A DNA stretch of 64,000 nucleotides from Spirochaetota bacterium (GTDB lineage Bacteria > Spirochaetota > UBA4802 > UBA5550). The stretch lies in the NCBI GenBank assembly GCA_963664815.2, contig CAXXHB010000003.1, forward strand, positions 2,592,001 to 2,656,000, given 5' to 3'. A program made the translations under genes and the position numbers. The notes under the pieces are model-generated. The model ran no database searches. It worked only from the letters and a program-made list of their open reading frames with translations, and was not told the origin of the DNA. Shown piece after piece: positions 40,598 to 51,962 of this stretch. Position 1 is the first letter of the stretch. Every line of letters starts with the position of its first letter.

Positions 40598-41353
40598 ATG
40601 ATTAATTTGATCAGGACAAGAATAATTCAGGGTAAACAATATATTGCGGATATACGCAAAGCAGAGGTAAAATCACATTTCAGGGGATTTCCTCTGATCC
40701 ATAATAATTGTACTGATTGCGGACAATGCCGGACATCCTGTCCTTCCTGTGCGATTGAAGTATCACCGGTTAGAATAGATATGGGAAAGTGCACCTTTTG
40801 CGGTGAATGTCAGCGAATATGTCCGGACAATGTAATTGAGTTTACAACAAAACATAAAATTTCCGCCGAGAGACGCGACAACTTACTGATTTCATCTGAA
40901 ACATCTTATAACGAGTTTGAAAAAACCGCTATAGAGGCAAAATATATCATTCATAAAATATTCGGTAACTCGCTTAAACTCCGTTCTGTTTCAGCAGGCG
41001 GATGTAACGCATGCGAAATGGAACTGAATGCCTGCTCCAATGTAAACTTTGACATGGGACGTTTCGGTATCGAAATAGTTGCTTCACCAAAACACTCAGA
41101 TGGAATAATCATAACCGGACCGATTACAGATAATATGGCACCGGCTCTTTATGATTCATATTACTGCACAACGCCTCACAGAATAGTCATTGCAATGGGT
41201 GCATGCGCAATCAGCGGAGGGATTTTTTCTGAATCACCTGAACTTGACAGAAAATTTCTCAATGAAATTAAGCCCGATTTATATATTCCCGGCTGTCCTG
41301 TTCATCCTCTTACATTTATTAATGGTATTCTTGATTTTCTTGGAAGAAAGTAG
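40598..41353 (+). CDS. 2x[4Fe-4S] ferredoxin domain fused to a NuoB/HyfI-like small subunit (EhrS)
   Basis: CTDCGQCRTSCP, CTFCGECQRICP, GGCNACE, GACAISGG and IPGCP motifs. Confidence 0.92.
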   Translation: MINLIRTRIIQGKQYIADIRKAEVKSHFRGFPLIHNNCTDCGQCRTSCPSCAIEVSPVRIDMGKCTFCGECQRICPDNVIEFTTKHKISAERRDNLLISSETSYNEFEKTAIEAKYIIHKIFGNSLKLRSVSAGGCNACEMELNACSNVNFDMGRFGIEIVASPKHSDGIIITGPITDNMAPALYDSYYCTTPHRIVIAMGACAISGGIFSESPELDRKFLNEIKPDLYIPGCPVHPLTFINGILDFLGRK

Positions 41354-41451
41354 AATTTGATTTTAAAAACACATCTGCTTGACAAAATTAAATGCTATCC
41401 GACATAATTAAAGCGATTAAAACATACATTTAATATATACGGGAGTATATC

Positions 41452-42969
41452 ATGAACCATCAGGGCTTTGATAACGAACTTTATCTGAAACAGCAGACCG
41501 AAGCCATTCTGGGCCGAGTACGTGATTCCAGATTCGACAAACTTTATCTTGAGTTTGGAGGAAAAATCCTTTACGATTATCATGCCGCCCGTGTCCTTCC
41601 GGGATTTGACCCGAATGTCAAAATGAAACTCCTCTCAGGAATAAAAGATTCAGTTGAAGTTATAATGTGTATCTGCGCCATTGATATTGAACGGAAAAAA
41701 GTCAGAGCAGATTTCGGGATTACATATGACGCCGATACAATGAGAACCATTGACGATTTTAATCATTGGGGGATACAGGTCGGTGCGGTAGTAATAACCA
41801 GATATGCCGACCAGCCGGGAGCACAGTCCTTTTTCAACAAACTCGAAAGAAGAGGGGTCAAAGTATATACTCACAAATTTACCAAAGGTTATCCCACTGA
41901 TGTTGAGCTTATTGTAAGCGAAGAGGGTTACGGCGCTAATAAATATATAGAAACAGAAAAACCTATAGTAGTTATAACAGGGCCCGGACCTGGGAGCGGA
42001 AAGCTTGCGACATGCCTCTCTCAGCTTTATCATGAACATAAGCGAGGCGTAAACGCCACCTATTCCAAATTTGAAACATTCCCGATCTGGAACCTGCCGC
42101 TGAAACATCCTGTAAATGCCGCCTATGAAGCTGCTACCGCCGAACTCCGGGATGTTAACATGATTGATCATTTCCACCTTGAGGCATTCAATGAAGTGGC
42201 TGTTAACTACAACCGTGATATTGAAGCATTTCCTCTGCTCCAGAGGATACTTGAAAGAATCACTGAAAAGCCATCTTATTACAGGTCACCTACCGATATG
42301 GGAGTAAACAGAGCAGGATTTGCAATAATCAACGACGAAAATGTTAGACATGCATCACATCAGGAAATTATAAGAAGATATTTCCGTTATTCATGTGAAT
42401 ATGCCATGGGTTTATGCGACAGGGAAACAGTTGAAAGAGTTGAAGTTCTGATGAAGGATACTGGTCTTAAGGCTGAAGACAGGCCGGTAGTTGGATTCGC
42501 ACGAAAGGCAGCTGAAACTGCAAAACAGAAAGATAAAGGCAATAAAGGTGTTTACAGCGGCGCGGCAATTGAGCTACCTTCAGGTGAAATAGTGACCGGA
42601 TACAACTCTCCCCTGCTTCATGCTACATCAAGTCTCGTCCTTAATGCAGTTAAAAAGCTTGCAGGAATTCCTCAGAATATAGACCTTCTCCCCCCATTTA
42701 TACTGACGTCTCTTATGACTTTTAAGGAAAACATACTTAACGGAACACCTGTAAGTCTTGATCTTGAAGAAACATTAATAGCCCTTGTAATAGGATCTGC
42801 AGCTAATCCAAGCGCAGCCGAAGCAGTAAATAAACTAAAAGATTTATCCGGTTGCGAAGTTCATCTTACGCATATGCCTACCCCGGGAGATGCTGCGGGT
42901 CTAAGAAAACTCGGACTTAATGCTACAAGTGACCCCGATTTTTCATCAAAGGCACTATATATCGGCTAG
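41452..42969 (+). CDS. DUF1846 family protein (P-loop-like)
   Basis: KLYLEFGGK..DYHAARVLPGF, GPGPGSGKLATC and KFETFPIWNLPLKHPVN motifs. Confidence 0.9.
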   Translation: MNHQGFDNELYLKQQTEAILGRVRDSRFDKLYLEFGGKILYDYHAARVLPGFDPNVKMKLLSGIKDSVEVIMCICAIDIERKKVRADFGITYDADTMRTIDDFNHWGIQVGAVVITRYADQPGAQSFFNKLERRGVKVYTHKFTKGYPTDVELIVSEEGYGANKYIETEKPIVVITGPGPGSGKLATCLSQLYHEHKRGVNATYSKFETFPIWNLPLKHPVNAAYEAATAELRDVNMIDHFHLEAFNEVAVNYNRDIEAFPLLQRILERITEKPSYYRSPTDMGVNRAGFAIINDENVRHASHQEIIRRYFRYSCEYAMGLCDRETVERVEVLMKDTGLKAEDRPVVGFARKAAETAKQKDKGNKGVYSGAAIELPSGEIVTGYNSPLLHATSSLVLNAVKKLAGIPQNIDLLPPFILTSLMTFKENILNGTPVSLDLEETLIALVIGSAANPSAAEAVNKLKDLSGCEVHLTHMPTPGDAAGLRKLGLNATSDPDFSSKALYIG

Positions 42970-42994
42970 AATAAAAAATACTCTTTTAAAAGAC

Positions 42995-43099
42995 TAATAA
43001 TTATTCCCGCCCTTTTTTATACAGGATACTCTATTATATTTCCCCGTCAAAAAGTCGGAGAGATATAATAGCTTATTATACATACATTTGAAGTAATTC
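42995..43099 (-). repeat. Dispersed ~120-bp repeat, degenerate copy C
   Basis: Reverse complement ...tgtataataagctattatatctctccgactttttgacggggaaatataatagagtat...ggaataattatta aligns with copy A. Confidence 0.55.
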
Positions 43100-43171
43100 A
43101 TGCTGGTGAAAGACAGATAATTCCTGTTTATTACAAAAGTCCGGTCATTAATACCACGATTAAATTACATT

Positions 43172-44521
43172 TTATCTGCTGTCAATCCCCTTATACTCCA
43201 GGATTTCGTAATTGGGAGATATATAAGCAGGCCTGATTATTTTACCCTGCACCAGTTGTTCAAGTCTGTGTGCGGACCATCCCGCTGATCTTGCCATTGC
43301 AAAAATCGGAGTATATAATGCTTCAGGAATACCCAGAAATTTATAAACAAGCCCAGAATAAAAATCCACGTTTACGCAAACCCTGTTCCCCTTCCTTTCA
43401 TAAAGAAGCTCAGGACCGATTTTCTCAACCATTTCGAACAGATTAAAAAGGTCCATTTTATTCTTCTTCTCGGCAAGAAATCTGGCATATTTTTTCAATA
43501 TCTTCGTGCGCGGATCAGAGAGCGTATAAACAGCATGCCCCATTCCATATATTTTCCCGCTGCCGTCCGCTGCTTTTTTATCAAGTACTTTGTTCAGGAA
43601 TTTTCTGATCTCATTTTCATCAGTCCAGTTCTTTACATCCTTCTGACACTGTTTCATCATAAACATAACCGATTCGTTTGCGCCGCCATGAAACTGGCCA
43701 CTCAAAGATGCAATCCCCGCAGCAATTGCCATATATGTATTAGCACCGCTTGAAGAAACCGTTCTGACAGTAAAAGTCGAATTATTTCCTCCACCATGTT
43801 CGGCATGCATAATAAGGCATGCATCGAAAATCAGTGCATCTTCACGTTCAGGCATCTTCCCTGTCAGCATATAAAGAAAGTTTTCGGCTATTGAAAGATT
43901 ATCTTTCGATCTGGCAAGCCTTAAGTCATCACCCTTACGATATTGATATACACTATAATTATTAGCCACAATTACAGGCGCCTTTGCGATAATATTTATA
44001 CACTGTTCACTGACGTCGGAAATATTCGTCGAATCGGGATTCTTATCACATCTGCTCAGATGCGAAATGACACTGTGAAGCGCATACATCTGGTTAAAAT
44101 TTTCTACTTCTTCAATTATAATACGCCTTTCGATGTTGCTGAGTTTTGATTTTTTGTGAAGAGCTGTGCTGAAGCTTTCGAGATCCTCTTTTCCCGGAAG
44201 CACATTCGTTAAAAGCAGATAAATTACCTCTTCAAAACCGAATCTTTTATGCTTTTCGTTATATTCTATTATATCATTAACATCATAACCGCAGTAATAA
44301 AGTTTACCTTCTATTGGGGTAATTTTTTTACCTGTTGATGAATTCTTATCAGGAGTTGTATCGTAACCTATAACTCTTCCTTTAGTTGTTATTCCAACTA
44401 TAACACCTGTACCATCCGGATTCCGCAGCCCAAGTTTTATATCTTTCTCTTTAATAATCTCCGGCGATATCTTATCATGCGATAAAGTTAGTTTTTTTAT
44501 TTTTTCCAATATTTTGTCCAT
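43172..44521 (-). CDS. gltA: Citrate synthase
   Basis: HAEHGGGNNST, HGGANE, GMGHAVYTLSDPR and NVDFYSG motifs. Confidence 0.93.
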   Translation of the reverse strand: MDKILEKIKKLTLSHDKISPEIIKEKDIKLGLRNPDGTGVIVGITTKGRVIGYDTTPDKNSSTGKKITPIEGKLYYCGYDVNDIIEYNEKHKRFGFEEVIYLLLTNVLPGKEDLESFSTALHKKSKLSNIERRIIIEEVENFNQMYALHSVISHLSRCDKNPDSTNISDVSEQCINIIAKAPVIVANNYSVYQYRKGDDLRLARSKDNLSIAENFLYMLTGKMPEREDALIFDACLIMHAEHGGGNNSTFTVRTVSSSGANTYMAIAAGIASLSGQFHGGANESVMFMMKQCQKDVKNWTDENEIRKFLNKVLDKKAADGSGKIYGMGHAVYTLSDPRTKILKKYARFLAEKKNKMDLFNLFEMVEKIGPELLYERKGNRVCVNVDFYSGLVYKFLGIPEALYTPIFAMARSAGWSAHRLEQLVQGKIIRPAYISPNYEILEYKGIDSR

Positions 44522-44742
44522 TATTACCTCATGATATAAATAAATATTTATTTAAAAAATACTTAAAAACAATAAACTCACCGGACTGCTGAATAAGTTA
44601 AAATGACTAACTACCATAACACCATATATTGTGCAAACTGTAGTCAACCTGTTTTAAAAAAATGAAATTAAAAACATGTTAAATAATAATGAAATTCGTA
44701 GAAAAGCAGGCAGAGTGTCAAGAAATAATTCTTAATAAAGGT

Positions 44743-45684
44743 CTATTGTCTTACTGGAAGATCGATCAGAACCGCCGTCATATCATCTTTCTGATATTCA
44801 TGTTTGCCTATAAATTCATAAACCGAATCAAAGATGCTGTTGATAACAAGTTGCGGTGGAAAATCACACAATTCAACAAGCTTCTGTTCAAGGCGCTCTT
44901 CGCCATACTGCTTTTTTTCTGTTTCGAAATCAAAAGCCTCTGTAATACCATCCGTAAAGAAAAAAATCATATCTCCCTGTAATATCTCAAAACAACATTC
45001 CGGAGTATGATAATAAGATTCAAGACTTATCAGATTTTTTATATCACTGCCAAGAAGATAACCTTTGTCTGGATTCCAATTATCGTATTTTTTGTTAAGA
45101 TCAAAAGACTCGATAATGCAGTCTTTATTTCTCCTGACAATTATCGGATAAAGCATACTTCTGTTAAAGAACCTGAGTTTTAAAGAGCCATTTTTATCTT
45201 CAATAAAAACAAAATTAACTGAGGCAAAATCATTTGAATTTGACATATCCATAATATCCGTGAACTTGATCGCGATACTTTTAATCAGGTATGCATAATC
45301 AATTATACCTGTTCTCTCGTGAATACCCTCCATCTCTTTTACAGCCAGTATTGCAGCAGAACGCAGCCTGATCAAAGTTGTATAAGCCGGTAGACCGTGC
45401 CCGCTTATGTCTGCAAAAATGAAGAGGAAATTGTTATCTGATAATTTGAAAAGATCAAAATAATCACCGGAGATAATTGATCCATAGGCTCTTTGAAAGC
45501 CGATTCCAACCTTAAGATCACTATGACTGAAGCTTTTAAATAACTCCCGGATCAGTTTCTTATCCTTCTCTCTTACATTATTCGCTTCAAGACGGAAAAT
45601 TTCGTACTTTCTGACCTTCTCAATATATTCATCAGACAATTTTGATGAGATGCCAGAATTATCGTTAAGTTTGTTATTCAACAC
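44743..45684 (-). CDS. PP2C/SpoIIE-family Ser/Thr phosphatase without sensor domain
   Basis: [21 protein letters not shown] and DDMT motifs; overlaps the pgi stop. Confidence 0.9.
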   Translation of the reverse strand: MLNNKLNDNSGISSKLSDEYIEKVRKYEIFRLEANNVREKDKKLIRELFKSFSHSDLKVGIGFQRAYGSIISGDYFDLFKLSDNNFLFIFADISGHGLPAYTTLIRLRSAAILAVKEMEGIHERTGIIDYAYLIKSIAIKFTDIMDMSNSNDFASVNFVFIEDKNGSLKLRFFNRSMLYPIIVRRNKDCIIESFDLNKKYDNWNPDKGYLLGSDIKNLISLESYYHTPECCFEILQGDMIFFFTDGITEAFDFETEKKQYGEERLEQKLVELCDFPPQLVINSIFDSVYEFIGKHEYQKDDMTAVLIDLPVRQ

Positions 45685-47308
45685 ATCTGCTCCTGTAATA
45701 CTTAATCAGTTCATTAGTGGAAGAGTCATGGTTAAGTTCGTTTTCATCCCTGCCCTCAAGTTCTTTTAAAACTTTCCCGGCAAGAACTTTTCCAAGCTCA
45801 ACTCCCCACTGATCAAATGAAAAAATATCCCATATAATTCCCTGAGTAAAAATTTTATGTTCATATAAAGCAATTATTTTTCCAAGATTCTCAGGCGTAA
45901 GTTTATCAGACATTATTATATTTGTCGGCCTGTTACCTTCAAATGTTTTGTACGGAACCAGTTTAGCCTCAACCTGTTCTTTTAATACTTCGTCTGATGT
46001 TTTCCCGAATGCAAATGCTTCAGCCTGGGCAAGCATGTTTGCAATAAGTTTGTTATGATGGTCCCTCTCACCATGTAGCGGATTTACAAAACCAATTAAA
46101 TCCGATGGAATTATTTTTGTCCCCTGGTGCATCAACTGATAAAATGCATGCTGACCGTTTGTTCCGGGTTCTCCCCATATAACCTGACCTGTCGAATAGT
46201 GTACCCGAAGCCCGCTTTTTGTTACAGATTTACCGTTTGATTCCATGTCACCCTGCTGCAAATAGGCTGTAAACCTGTGCATATACTGCTCATAGGGTAA
46301 TACCGCGCAGGATTCAAATCCGAAAAAGTTATTATACCATACACCGAGTAAACCCATCAATACAGGTATATTTCTGTTAAACTCCGCATGCCTGAAATGA
46401 TTGTCCATCTCATGAAAACCATCGAGTAGCTTTATAAAATTTTCATAACCGATTGAAATCATAATAGAAAGGCCTATCGCTGATGTTAGAGAATATCTTC
46501 CGCCAACCCAATCCCAGAATTCCAGCATGTTTACCGTATCGATCCCGAAATTTTCCACTTCAGCTTTATTCGTGGAAAGAGCTATAAAATGCTTTGCAAC
46601 GGATTTTTCAGTTCCAAAAAAACCCGTTATCCATCTTTTCGCTGTCATTGCATTTGTCATTGTTTCCATTGTGGTAAACGTTTTTGAAGCAACAATAAAC
46701 AGTGTCTCTTCAGGGTTAAGGTCAATTATCGCTTCTTTGATATGAGTACAATCTATGTTAGAAACAAATCTCACATTGAGTTTTCTGTCAGAATAATATT
46801 TCAAGGCCTCACATACCATTACAGGGCCGAGGTCAGATCCGCCTATACCAATGTTTACTATATTTTTCACCGGTTTTCCCGAGTAACCCATCCACATTGA
46901 ATTGCGTATTTTTTCTGATATGTTCTTCATTTTATCTATAACATTCAGGACATCGCACATAACATCAACACCGTCAAGAATAACAGGTTTACCGCTCCTG
47001 TTCCTGAGTGCAGTATGCAAAACCGCCCTGTTTTCTGTTTCATTTATTTTTTCTCCACTGAACATCCTTTCGATTTCATCTTTCAGGGAGCATTTTTCAG
47101 CAAGATTTATAAGCAGCGAGATAGTTTCTTCAGTTACCCTGTTTTTTGAATAATCAAAAACAAGTCCGCATTCCTCCACTTTGAATTTTTCACCTCTGTT
47201 GTGATCATTCAGAAAAAGATCTCTCAGATGTATATTCTTCATTTTTTCAAAATGCGAAGTAAGCTGCTTCCATTCGGAAGTATCGGTTAAATATTCTCTT
47301 TTATTCAT
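45674..47308 (-). CDS. pgi: Glucose-6-phosphate isomerase
   Basis: [38 protein letters not shown] and DQWGVELGK motifs. Confidence 0.97.
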   Translation of the reverse strand: MNKREYLTDTSEWKQLTSHFEKMKNIHLRDLFLNDHNRGEKFKVEECGLVFDYSKNRVTEETISLLINLAEKCSLKDEIERMFSGEKINETENRAVLHTALRNRSGKPVILDGVDVMCDVLNVIDKMKNISEKIRNSMWMGYSGKPVKNIVNIGIGGSDLGPVMVCEALKYYSDRKLNVRFVSNIDCTHIKEAIIDLNPEETLFIVASKTFTTMETMTNAMTAKRWITGFFGTEKSVAKHFIALSTNKAEVENFGIDTVNMLEFWDWVGGRYSLTSAIGLSIMISIGYENFIKLLDGFHEMDNHFRHAEFNRNIPVLMGLLGVWYNNFFGFESCAVLPYEQYMHRFTAYLQQGDMESNGKSVTKSGLRVHYSTGQVIWGEPGTNGQHAFYQLMHQGTKIIPSDLIGFVNPLHGERDHHNKLIANMLAQAEAFAFGKTSDEVLKEQVEAKLVPYKTFEGNRPTNIIMSDKLTPENLGKIIALYEHKIFTQGIIWDIFSFDQWGVELGKVLAGKVLKELEGRDENELNHDSSTNELIKYYRSRCVE

Positions 47309-47420
47309 ATAAGTAACCTCATAAGATTATCAGAAAATTATTTTAACGCAGTTTTCATGTAAAGTCAAGACTAATTAAATGAATCCAAAGGATTTTTAAA
47401 TACAATTGAATCGTTATTCA

Positions 47421-47462
47421 GTTATTTTAAAACCGGTTCAACTTATCCGGTTTTAAAATAAC
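47421..47462. repeat. 16-bp perfect inverted repeat in the divergent region upstream of pgi
   Basis: gttattttaaaaccgg-N10-ccggttttaaaataac. Confidence 0.7.
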
Positions 47463-47619
47463 CAGTTACAGAACTAAAAGAGAATTCTCAAATTTTGTCC
47501 TGCCAGATAATTTAATAAATCCGGATAAAATATGTGATCAGCATCTTAATTATAACCGAATTATAATTAACAGTTTTATTGACTCAGAAAGACAGTATAT
47601 GATATTAATGGAGTAAAAT

Positions 47620-47835
47620 ATGCGGCAAGCCGGTTTAAAACAAAAAGTTTATACAACAAAAAGCAGCGAATATTGCCAGTGTAAAATTCTCTGGCGTAAT
47701 TTACCCGCAATCTTCAAGACCAGATGGCGCAATGAAGCCGAAGACATGCCGATAAGTGGTTATAAGCTTTTTATCAGTACTAATATAGATAATCTTCGTA
47801 CGGGAAATGAAATCCAGATTGCACCCTGGCATTGA
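47620..47835 (+). CDS. Possible small hypothetical protein (71 aa)
   Basis: GGAG RBS and a TTGACT-like -35 upstream; no recognisable motif. Confidence 0.3.
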   Translation: MRQAGLKQKVYTTKSSEYCQCKILWRNLPAIFKTRWRNEAEDMPISGYKLFISTNIDNLRTGNEIQIAPWH

Positions 47836-47850
47836 TTATTGCTTTAGTGA

Positions 47851-48759
47851 TTGATGAGTTACAGATATATAAATAAGAATCTTCTTTTCTTTTTCATCAC
47901 ATTGATGATATCAGTCCCGATCGCTTTTAATCCTGATCTAAATGCATCACAGACAGTTTTATCTGATCCGGATCATATTTCTACAGGCATTGAATACAGG
48001 GATGTTACAGATGTAAAACTCGGGGACATGTTCCGCTTTGATTATCTTTCATTCGGAGCAATGGCAGAAATACGGAATGAATCACGATTCAACCAGAAAA
48101 TATTACCGAATCATAACTGGCGGGCTTTTACGTTCATCTATCTTGAAGACTTTATTGATTTTAATAAAGGCATGCTTGGACTTACTACCGGATTTGAGCA
48201 CGAAAGCGCCCATCCAACAATGGGTTTGAATGAGGGGAATGACACTGCATATGATAAAATATACGACGGGACGTACCGCAATATAAATCTTAATTCATTC
48301 CTGTTGAGATTATGCGGAAGGACAGATAAAGAGAAATCTGTTACATTTAACCTCGACACTCAATTTTATTTCTACAGCAGAAACACACCGGAACTCCCTG
48401 TTAATAAACTAACTTGGTCCGAAGGAATCTCCGGGGGTATTGATTTTAAATTTAATCTGCACCGGGACACAGATTTCTTCATCTCCCTTTATGACAGGTA
48501 TATATTCCGCAGCAGGAAAAATGTTTATGGAAATATTTATTACAATTCCCCTTCAGGTGTTGAAACACATTATGTTGAATACCCGGTCATTAATCAAATT
48601 AATACCATTTCCATAAAAACCGGACTGATTTTCAACGATCTTATTATCGATAGAAAATTATTAATCTACAGCGGTTTTTTATACGGCAACATATTCGGAT
48701 TTGTCGACAGCAGAGAAAAAAGAACAGTCTACTCTATTGGAATTGAAATAATACACTAA
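47851..48759 (+). CDS. Exported hypothetical protein, probable outer-membrane beta barrel
   Basis: Signal peptide, alternating aromatic beta strands, FEHESAH motif and C-terminal YSIGIEI. Confidence 0.7.
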   Translation: MMSYRYINKNLLFFFITLMISVPIAFNPDLNASQTVLSDPDHISTGIEYRDVTDVKLGDMFRFDYLSFGAMAEIRNESRFNQKILPNHNWRAFTFIYLEDFIDFNKGMLGLTTGFEHESAHPTMGLNEGNDTAYDKIYDGTYRNINLNSFLLRLCGRTDKEKSVTFNLDTQFYFYSRNTPELPVNKLTWSEGISGGIDFKFNLHRDTDFFISLYDRYIFRSRKNVYGNIYYNSPSGVETHYVEYPVINQINTISIKTGLIFNDLIIDRKLLIYSGFLYGNIFGFVDSREKRTVYSIGIEIIH

Positions 48760-48952
48760 ATAAATACAATCATTATTGAAAATTTAATCTTCAGAAAAGA
48801 TAAGTAATCATTCATGGAGATAAATATTACAGCTCCACACCACCAATATTTGGCTTATAAGGATAATTATTTACGTAATAAAACAGTTAAAAATATAATT
48901 TGTAAAATAATGTTTTTTACAGAAAACCACATTGTATCGATGATGGGAACTA

Positions 48953-49264
48953 TTAACTCAAGGTTTCAGATAACGAACATAAATTGAGAAGGGACAACAC
49001 TTTCTCAGATGCATTTGATATTCTGAAATCAAGATTTTTTTGTCTCTGAAATCTATGCAGTTTTAGAAAAATACTGATACAGGTTGAATCAAGATATTCC
49101 ATTTCTGAAAGATCAATCTCGATATTTTTTTCTTTTCCGCTGCATATTGAATCAGATATTTCAACAAGCTTTCTGACACCCTCAGGTTCTGCAGATCCGG
49201 AAATAAAAATTCTGATCAGATTATCGTCTTCTGATGTTTCTAAATTCATTTTTGCAATTTTCAT
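48953..49264 (-). CDS. STAS-domain anti-sigma-factor antagonist
   Basis: IDLSEMEYLDST motif containing the phosphorylatable Ser. Confidence 0.88.
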   Translation of the reverse strand: MKIAKMNLETSEDDNLIRIFISGSAEPEGVRKLVEISDSICSGKEKNIEIDLSEMEYLDSTCISIFLKLHRFQRQKNLDFRISNASEKVLSLLNLCSLSETLS

Positions 49265-49394
49265 AATCTTTTTCCATTTTCAAAATACTTTTAATCAAGT
49301 CAAGGGCAAATATAATAATAGACAAAAATTGATTACATATTATAATAATTTACTCTTTAATTATTATAATCGTCTGCAGGGAGTTGTTTATTAA

Positions 49395-49997
49395 ATGAAT
49401 AAAATAGAAAATATTGCTATAAAAAAGAAACATATAATGAATTCTCTAAAAATACTGATGGAAAAGTATTCCTACAGCTACATATCAATGCAGGATGTCG
49501 CCAATGAAGCAGGAATTTCAAAAGGTGGACTGAGATACTATTTCCCCACAAAAGAATCACTATTTATTGGTCTGCTGGAGGATTTCTTTCAGGAGATAGA
49601 AGAGGATCATATAAATATTATAAATATGCAGAATAAAAACAGCGATAAAGCTGTTCTTTCAACACTTTTCAATATTGAAAAATTTGTTTTAAATCAGAAA
49701 AATATAAAGGTTTTTATAAACCTGATATTATACGGGCTGGAAAATCCCAGGATGATGGAACCGATAAGCCTTTTCTTCAGAAAACATCTTTTATTATATA
49801 AAAATCTTATCAACCAGGCTAAAACCGATCTCCCTGTAATAGATAAAAAAGATTTTAATATGGATTTTCTTGCAAGAATTACACAGATAATTTTTCTCAG
49901 TGCTGGACTTCTGGAAACCATAGACCCTATAGGGATGGACCCTGGCCGTCTTGCAAGATATGTACTTTCACTGTTTTCTGATTCATCATCTTCATAG
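49395..49997 (+). CDS. TetR/AcrR family transcriptional regulator
   Basis: ISMQDVANEAGISKGGLRYYFPTKESL HTH. Confidence 0.93.
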   Translation: MNKIENIAIKKKHIMNSLKILMEKYSYSYISMQDVANEAGISKGGLRYYFPTKESLFIGLLEDFFQEIEEDHINIINMQNKNSDKAVLSTLFNIEKFVLNQKNIKVFINLILYGLENPRMMEPISLFFRKHLLLYKNLINQAKTDLPVIDKKDFNMDFLARITQIIFLSAGLLETIDPIGMDPGRLARYVLSLFSDSSSS

Positions 49998-50071
49998 TTT
50001 TTTATTATATGAATTTAACTGAACAGAACATTCTGATACATCAGATACGGAAGTGACCAATAATAAAATAT

Positions 50072-50189
50072 CAATAATAATTCATGAACTCTTTAATAAT
50101 AGAAAATGTTCTATTATCACCGCCGACAAAGTCAGCAAGATTTAATCTTTTATTTTACACTAAAATAAATGTTAAGAAATTAACGTTGA
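50072..50189 (-). repeat. Dispersed ~120-bp repeat, copy D
   Basis: Reverse complement tcaacgttaatttcttaacatttattttagtgtaaaataaaagattaaatct...ggcggtgataatagaacattttctattat...gttcatgaattattattg; flanks nearly identical to copy A. Confidence 0.85.
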
Positions 50190-50291
50190 AAAAATACACT
50201 CTTCTGAATATAATTAATTATATTCAGACATTTAACTGAAATATCCGTTTGATATCCTACTTATTTTTAACTGACAGGAGAGGAACATATC

Positions 50292-50552
50292 ATGAAGTTT
50301 TATCTTAAATATCTCAACCCTGTTGCATCACTGTTCATTTTCGGGTTATGTTTCTGGTTGTTTATCGGAAACTATTTTTTTCATTTTGGTTCTCCAGCAA
50401 TTCCAGACTATAAAACACCCTACCAGCAGGGATTGAATATCTTAATGTACGATTCGCTTCCCATCTATTTTCTTGCAAAAGGAATATTCTGTTCTTTAAC
50501 CCTTTTTCTTTTCGGGAAATACCTTGAATCACATCTATATGATAAGAAATAG
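50292..50552 (+). CDS. Small two-TM membrane protein
   Basis: Strong RBS (aggagagg); two hydrophobic segments. Confidence 0.75.
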   Translation: MKFYLKYLNPVASLFIFGLCFWLFIGNYFFHFGSPAIPDYKTPYQQGLNILMYDSLPIYFLAKGIFCSLTLFLFGKYLESHLYDKK

Positions 50553-50829
50553 AATACTATATGCAATAATGTTTGCATTCATATTTTACATTTATACCGC
50601 TGCTTAAAATAAAATCTTTTGAAGAAAATATGAAGGTATATTTGGTGATTTACCAATCAAAAGTTGCTGATTTATTTAATTATCGTCCGTAAAAAATTAT
50701 TTTTAATCCACTTTCTGTCAATGTCGTATTAACTTATAATATAGTGAGCCCAAAAAATGAGACACAGATTTCAATATGATGAAGTGTATTTTTCCTTGAA
50801 ATAAAACACAAGGAGAATTATAAAAGGTA

Positions 50830-51129
50830 ATGAAAAAACGACATAGTAAAGAGTTCAAAGCAAAAGTAGCCATTGATGCCCTCCGTGGAGAAAAGACAGT
50901 ACAGGAGTTGGCACAGAAGTATGAGATACACCCGAATCAGGTGACACTCTGGAAGAAGCAGTTAATTGAGAACGCAACTACCGCATTTGATAAACATGGT
51001 AATGACAAAGAATTAGATGATACTGAAAAGAAACAAGACGAACTTTACAGCCAGATAGGTCAGCTCAAAGTTGAGAATGATTTTTTAAAAAAAAAGTACA
51101 AGCAACTGTACGGGACAGAGCCGAAGTAG
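50830..51129 (+). CDS. IS3 transposase OrfA (HTH)
   Basis: [10 protein letters not shown]...[19 protein letters not shown]...[10 protein letters not shown]. Confidence 0.93.
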   Translation: MKKRHSKEFKAKVAIDALRGEKTVQELAQKYEIHPNQVTLWKKQLIENATTAFDKHGNDKELDDTEKKQDELYSQIGQLKVENDFLKKKYKQLYGTEPK

Positions 51130-51143
51130 TAGAGCCCGGACAT

Positions 51144-51962
51144 ATGAAACTATCAATTAAAGAACAATGTGCAATTCTCGGCATAAGCCGTTCATCGTAT
51201 TACTATAAGCCAGAATTGGCATTGAATGAAACCAATGTTGCAATATTGAAAGCTATCATGGAAGAATTAAAGCTTCATCCGTTTTACGGATATAGGAAGA
51301 TTACTATAGCCCTTAAGGACATGAGTGTCACAAGAAAGCAGATTAGGTTAATCATGAAAAAGGCCGGACTGCGGGCTATTTATCCCGGCAAACGCTTGTC
51401 AATACCAGTAAAGATGCATGAGAAATATCCATATCTCCTTCAAGATAAGAATATATGGCTTCCGAATCAGGTATGGGCGACAGACATTACGTACATTAAG
51501 CTTTCAGGAGGTCATGTATATCTAATTGCTATTCTTGATTTATTCAGCCGGAAGGTGCTTTCATGGAAACTGTCAAATACGCTGGATGCAGAATTTTGCG
51601 TATCGGCTCTTGAAGAAGCAATAATGACATATGGAACACCGGCGATTTTCAATACAGATCAGGGGAGCCAGTTTACATCTGAGGCATTTACAGAAAAACT
51701 TAAGAGCCATGGGATAAGGATCAGTATGGATGGCAAAGGACGAGCTCTGGATAACATTTATATTGAACGGCTCTGGAGGTCTCTCAAGTATGAAGAAATA
51801 TATCTGAATGAATATCGCACCATGGAGAATTTAAAAGCAGCATTGAAAAGATATTTTGATTTTTATAATACTGAAAGATTTCACCAGTCACTGGAGTATG
51901 CCACACCGGATAAAATATATTATTCGTCATTTAAAGAACAATGTCAGGAAGAAGCAGCTTGA
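51144..51962 (+). CDS. IS3 transposase OrfB (DDE integrase core), probably expressed as OrfAB by -1 frameshift
   Basis: WATDITY, NTDQGSQF and IERLWRSLKYE motifs; slippery T6A9G at 51081-51096 with the -1 frame open into orfB. Confidence 0.93.
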   Translation: MKLSIKEQCAILGISRSSYYYKPELALNETNVAILKAIMEELKLHPFYGYRKITIALKDMSVTRKQIRLIMKKAGLRAIYPGKRLSIPVKMHEKYPYLLQDKNIWLPNQVWATDITYIKLSGGHVYLIAILDLFSRKVLSWKLSNTLDAEFCVSALEEAIMTYGTPAIFNTDQGSQFTSEAFTEKLKSHGIRISMDGKGRALDNIYIERLWRSLKYEEIYLNEYRTMENLKAALKRYFDFYNTERFHQSLEYATPDKIYYSSFKEQCQEEAA

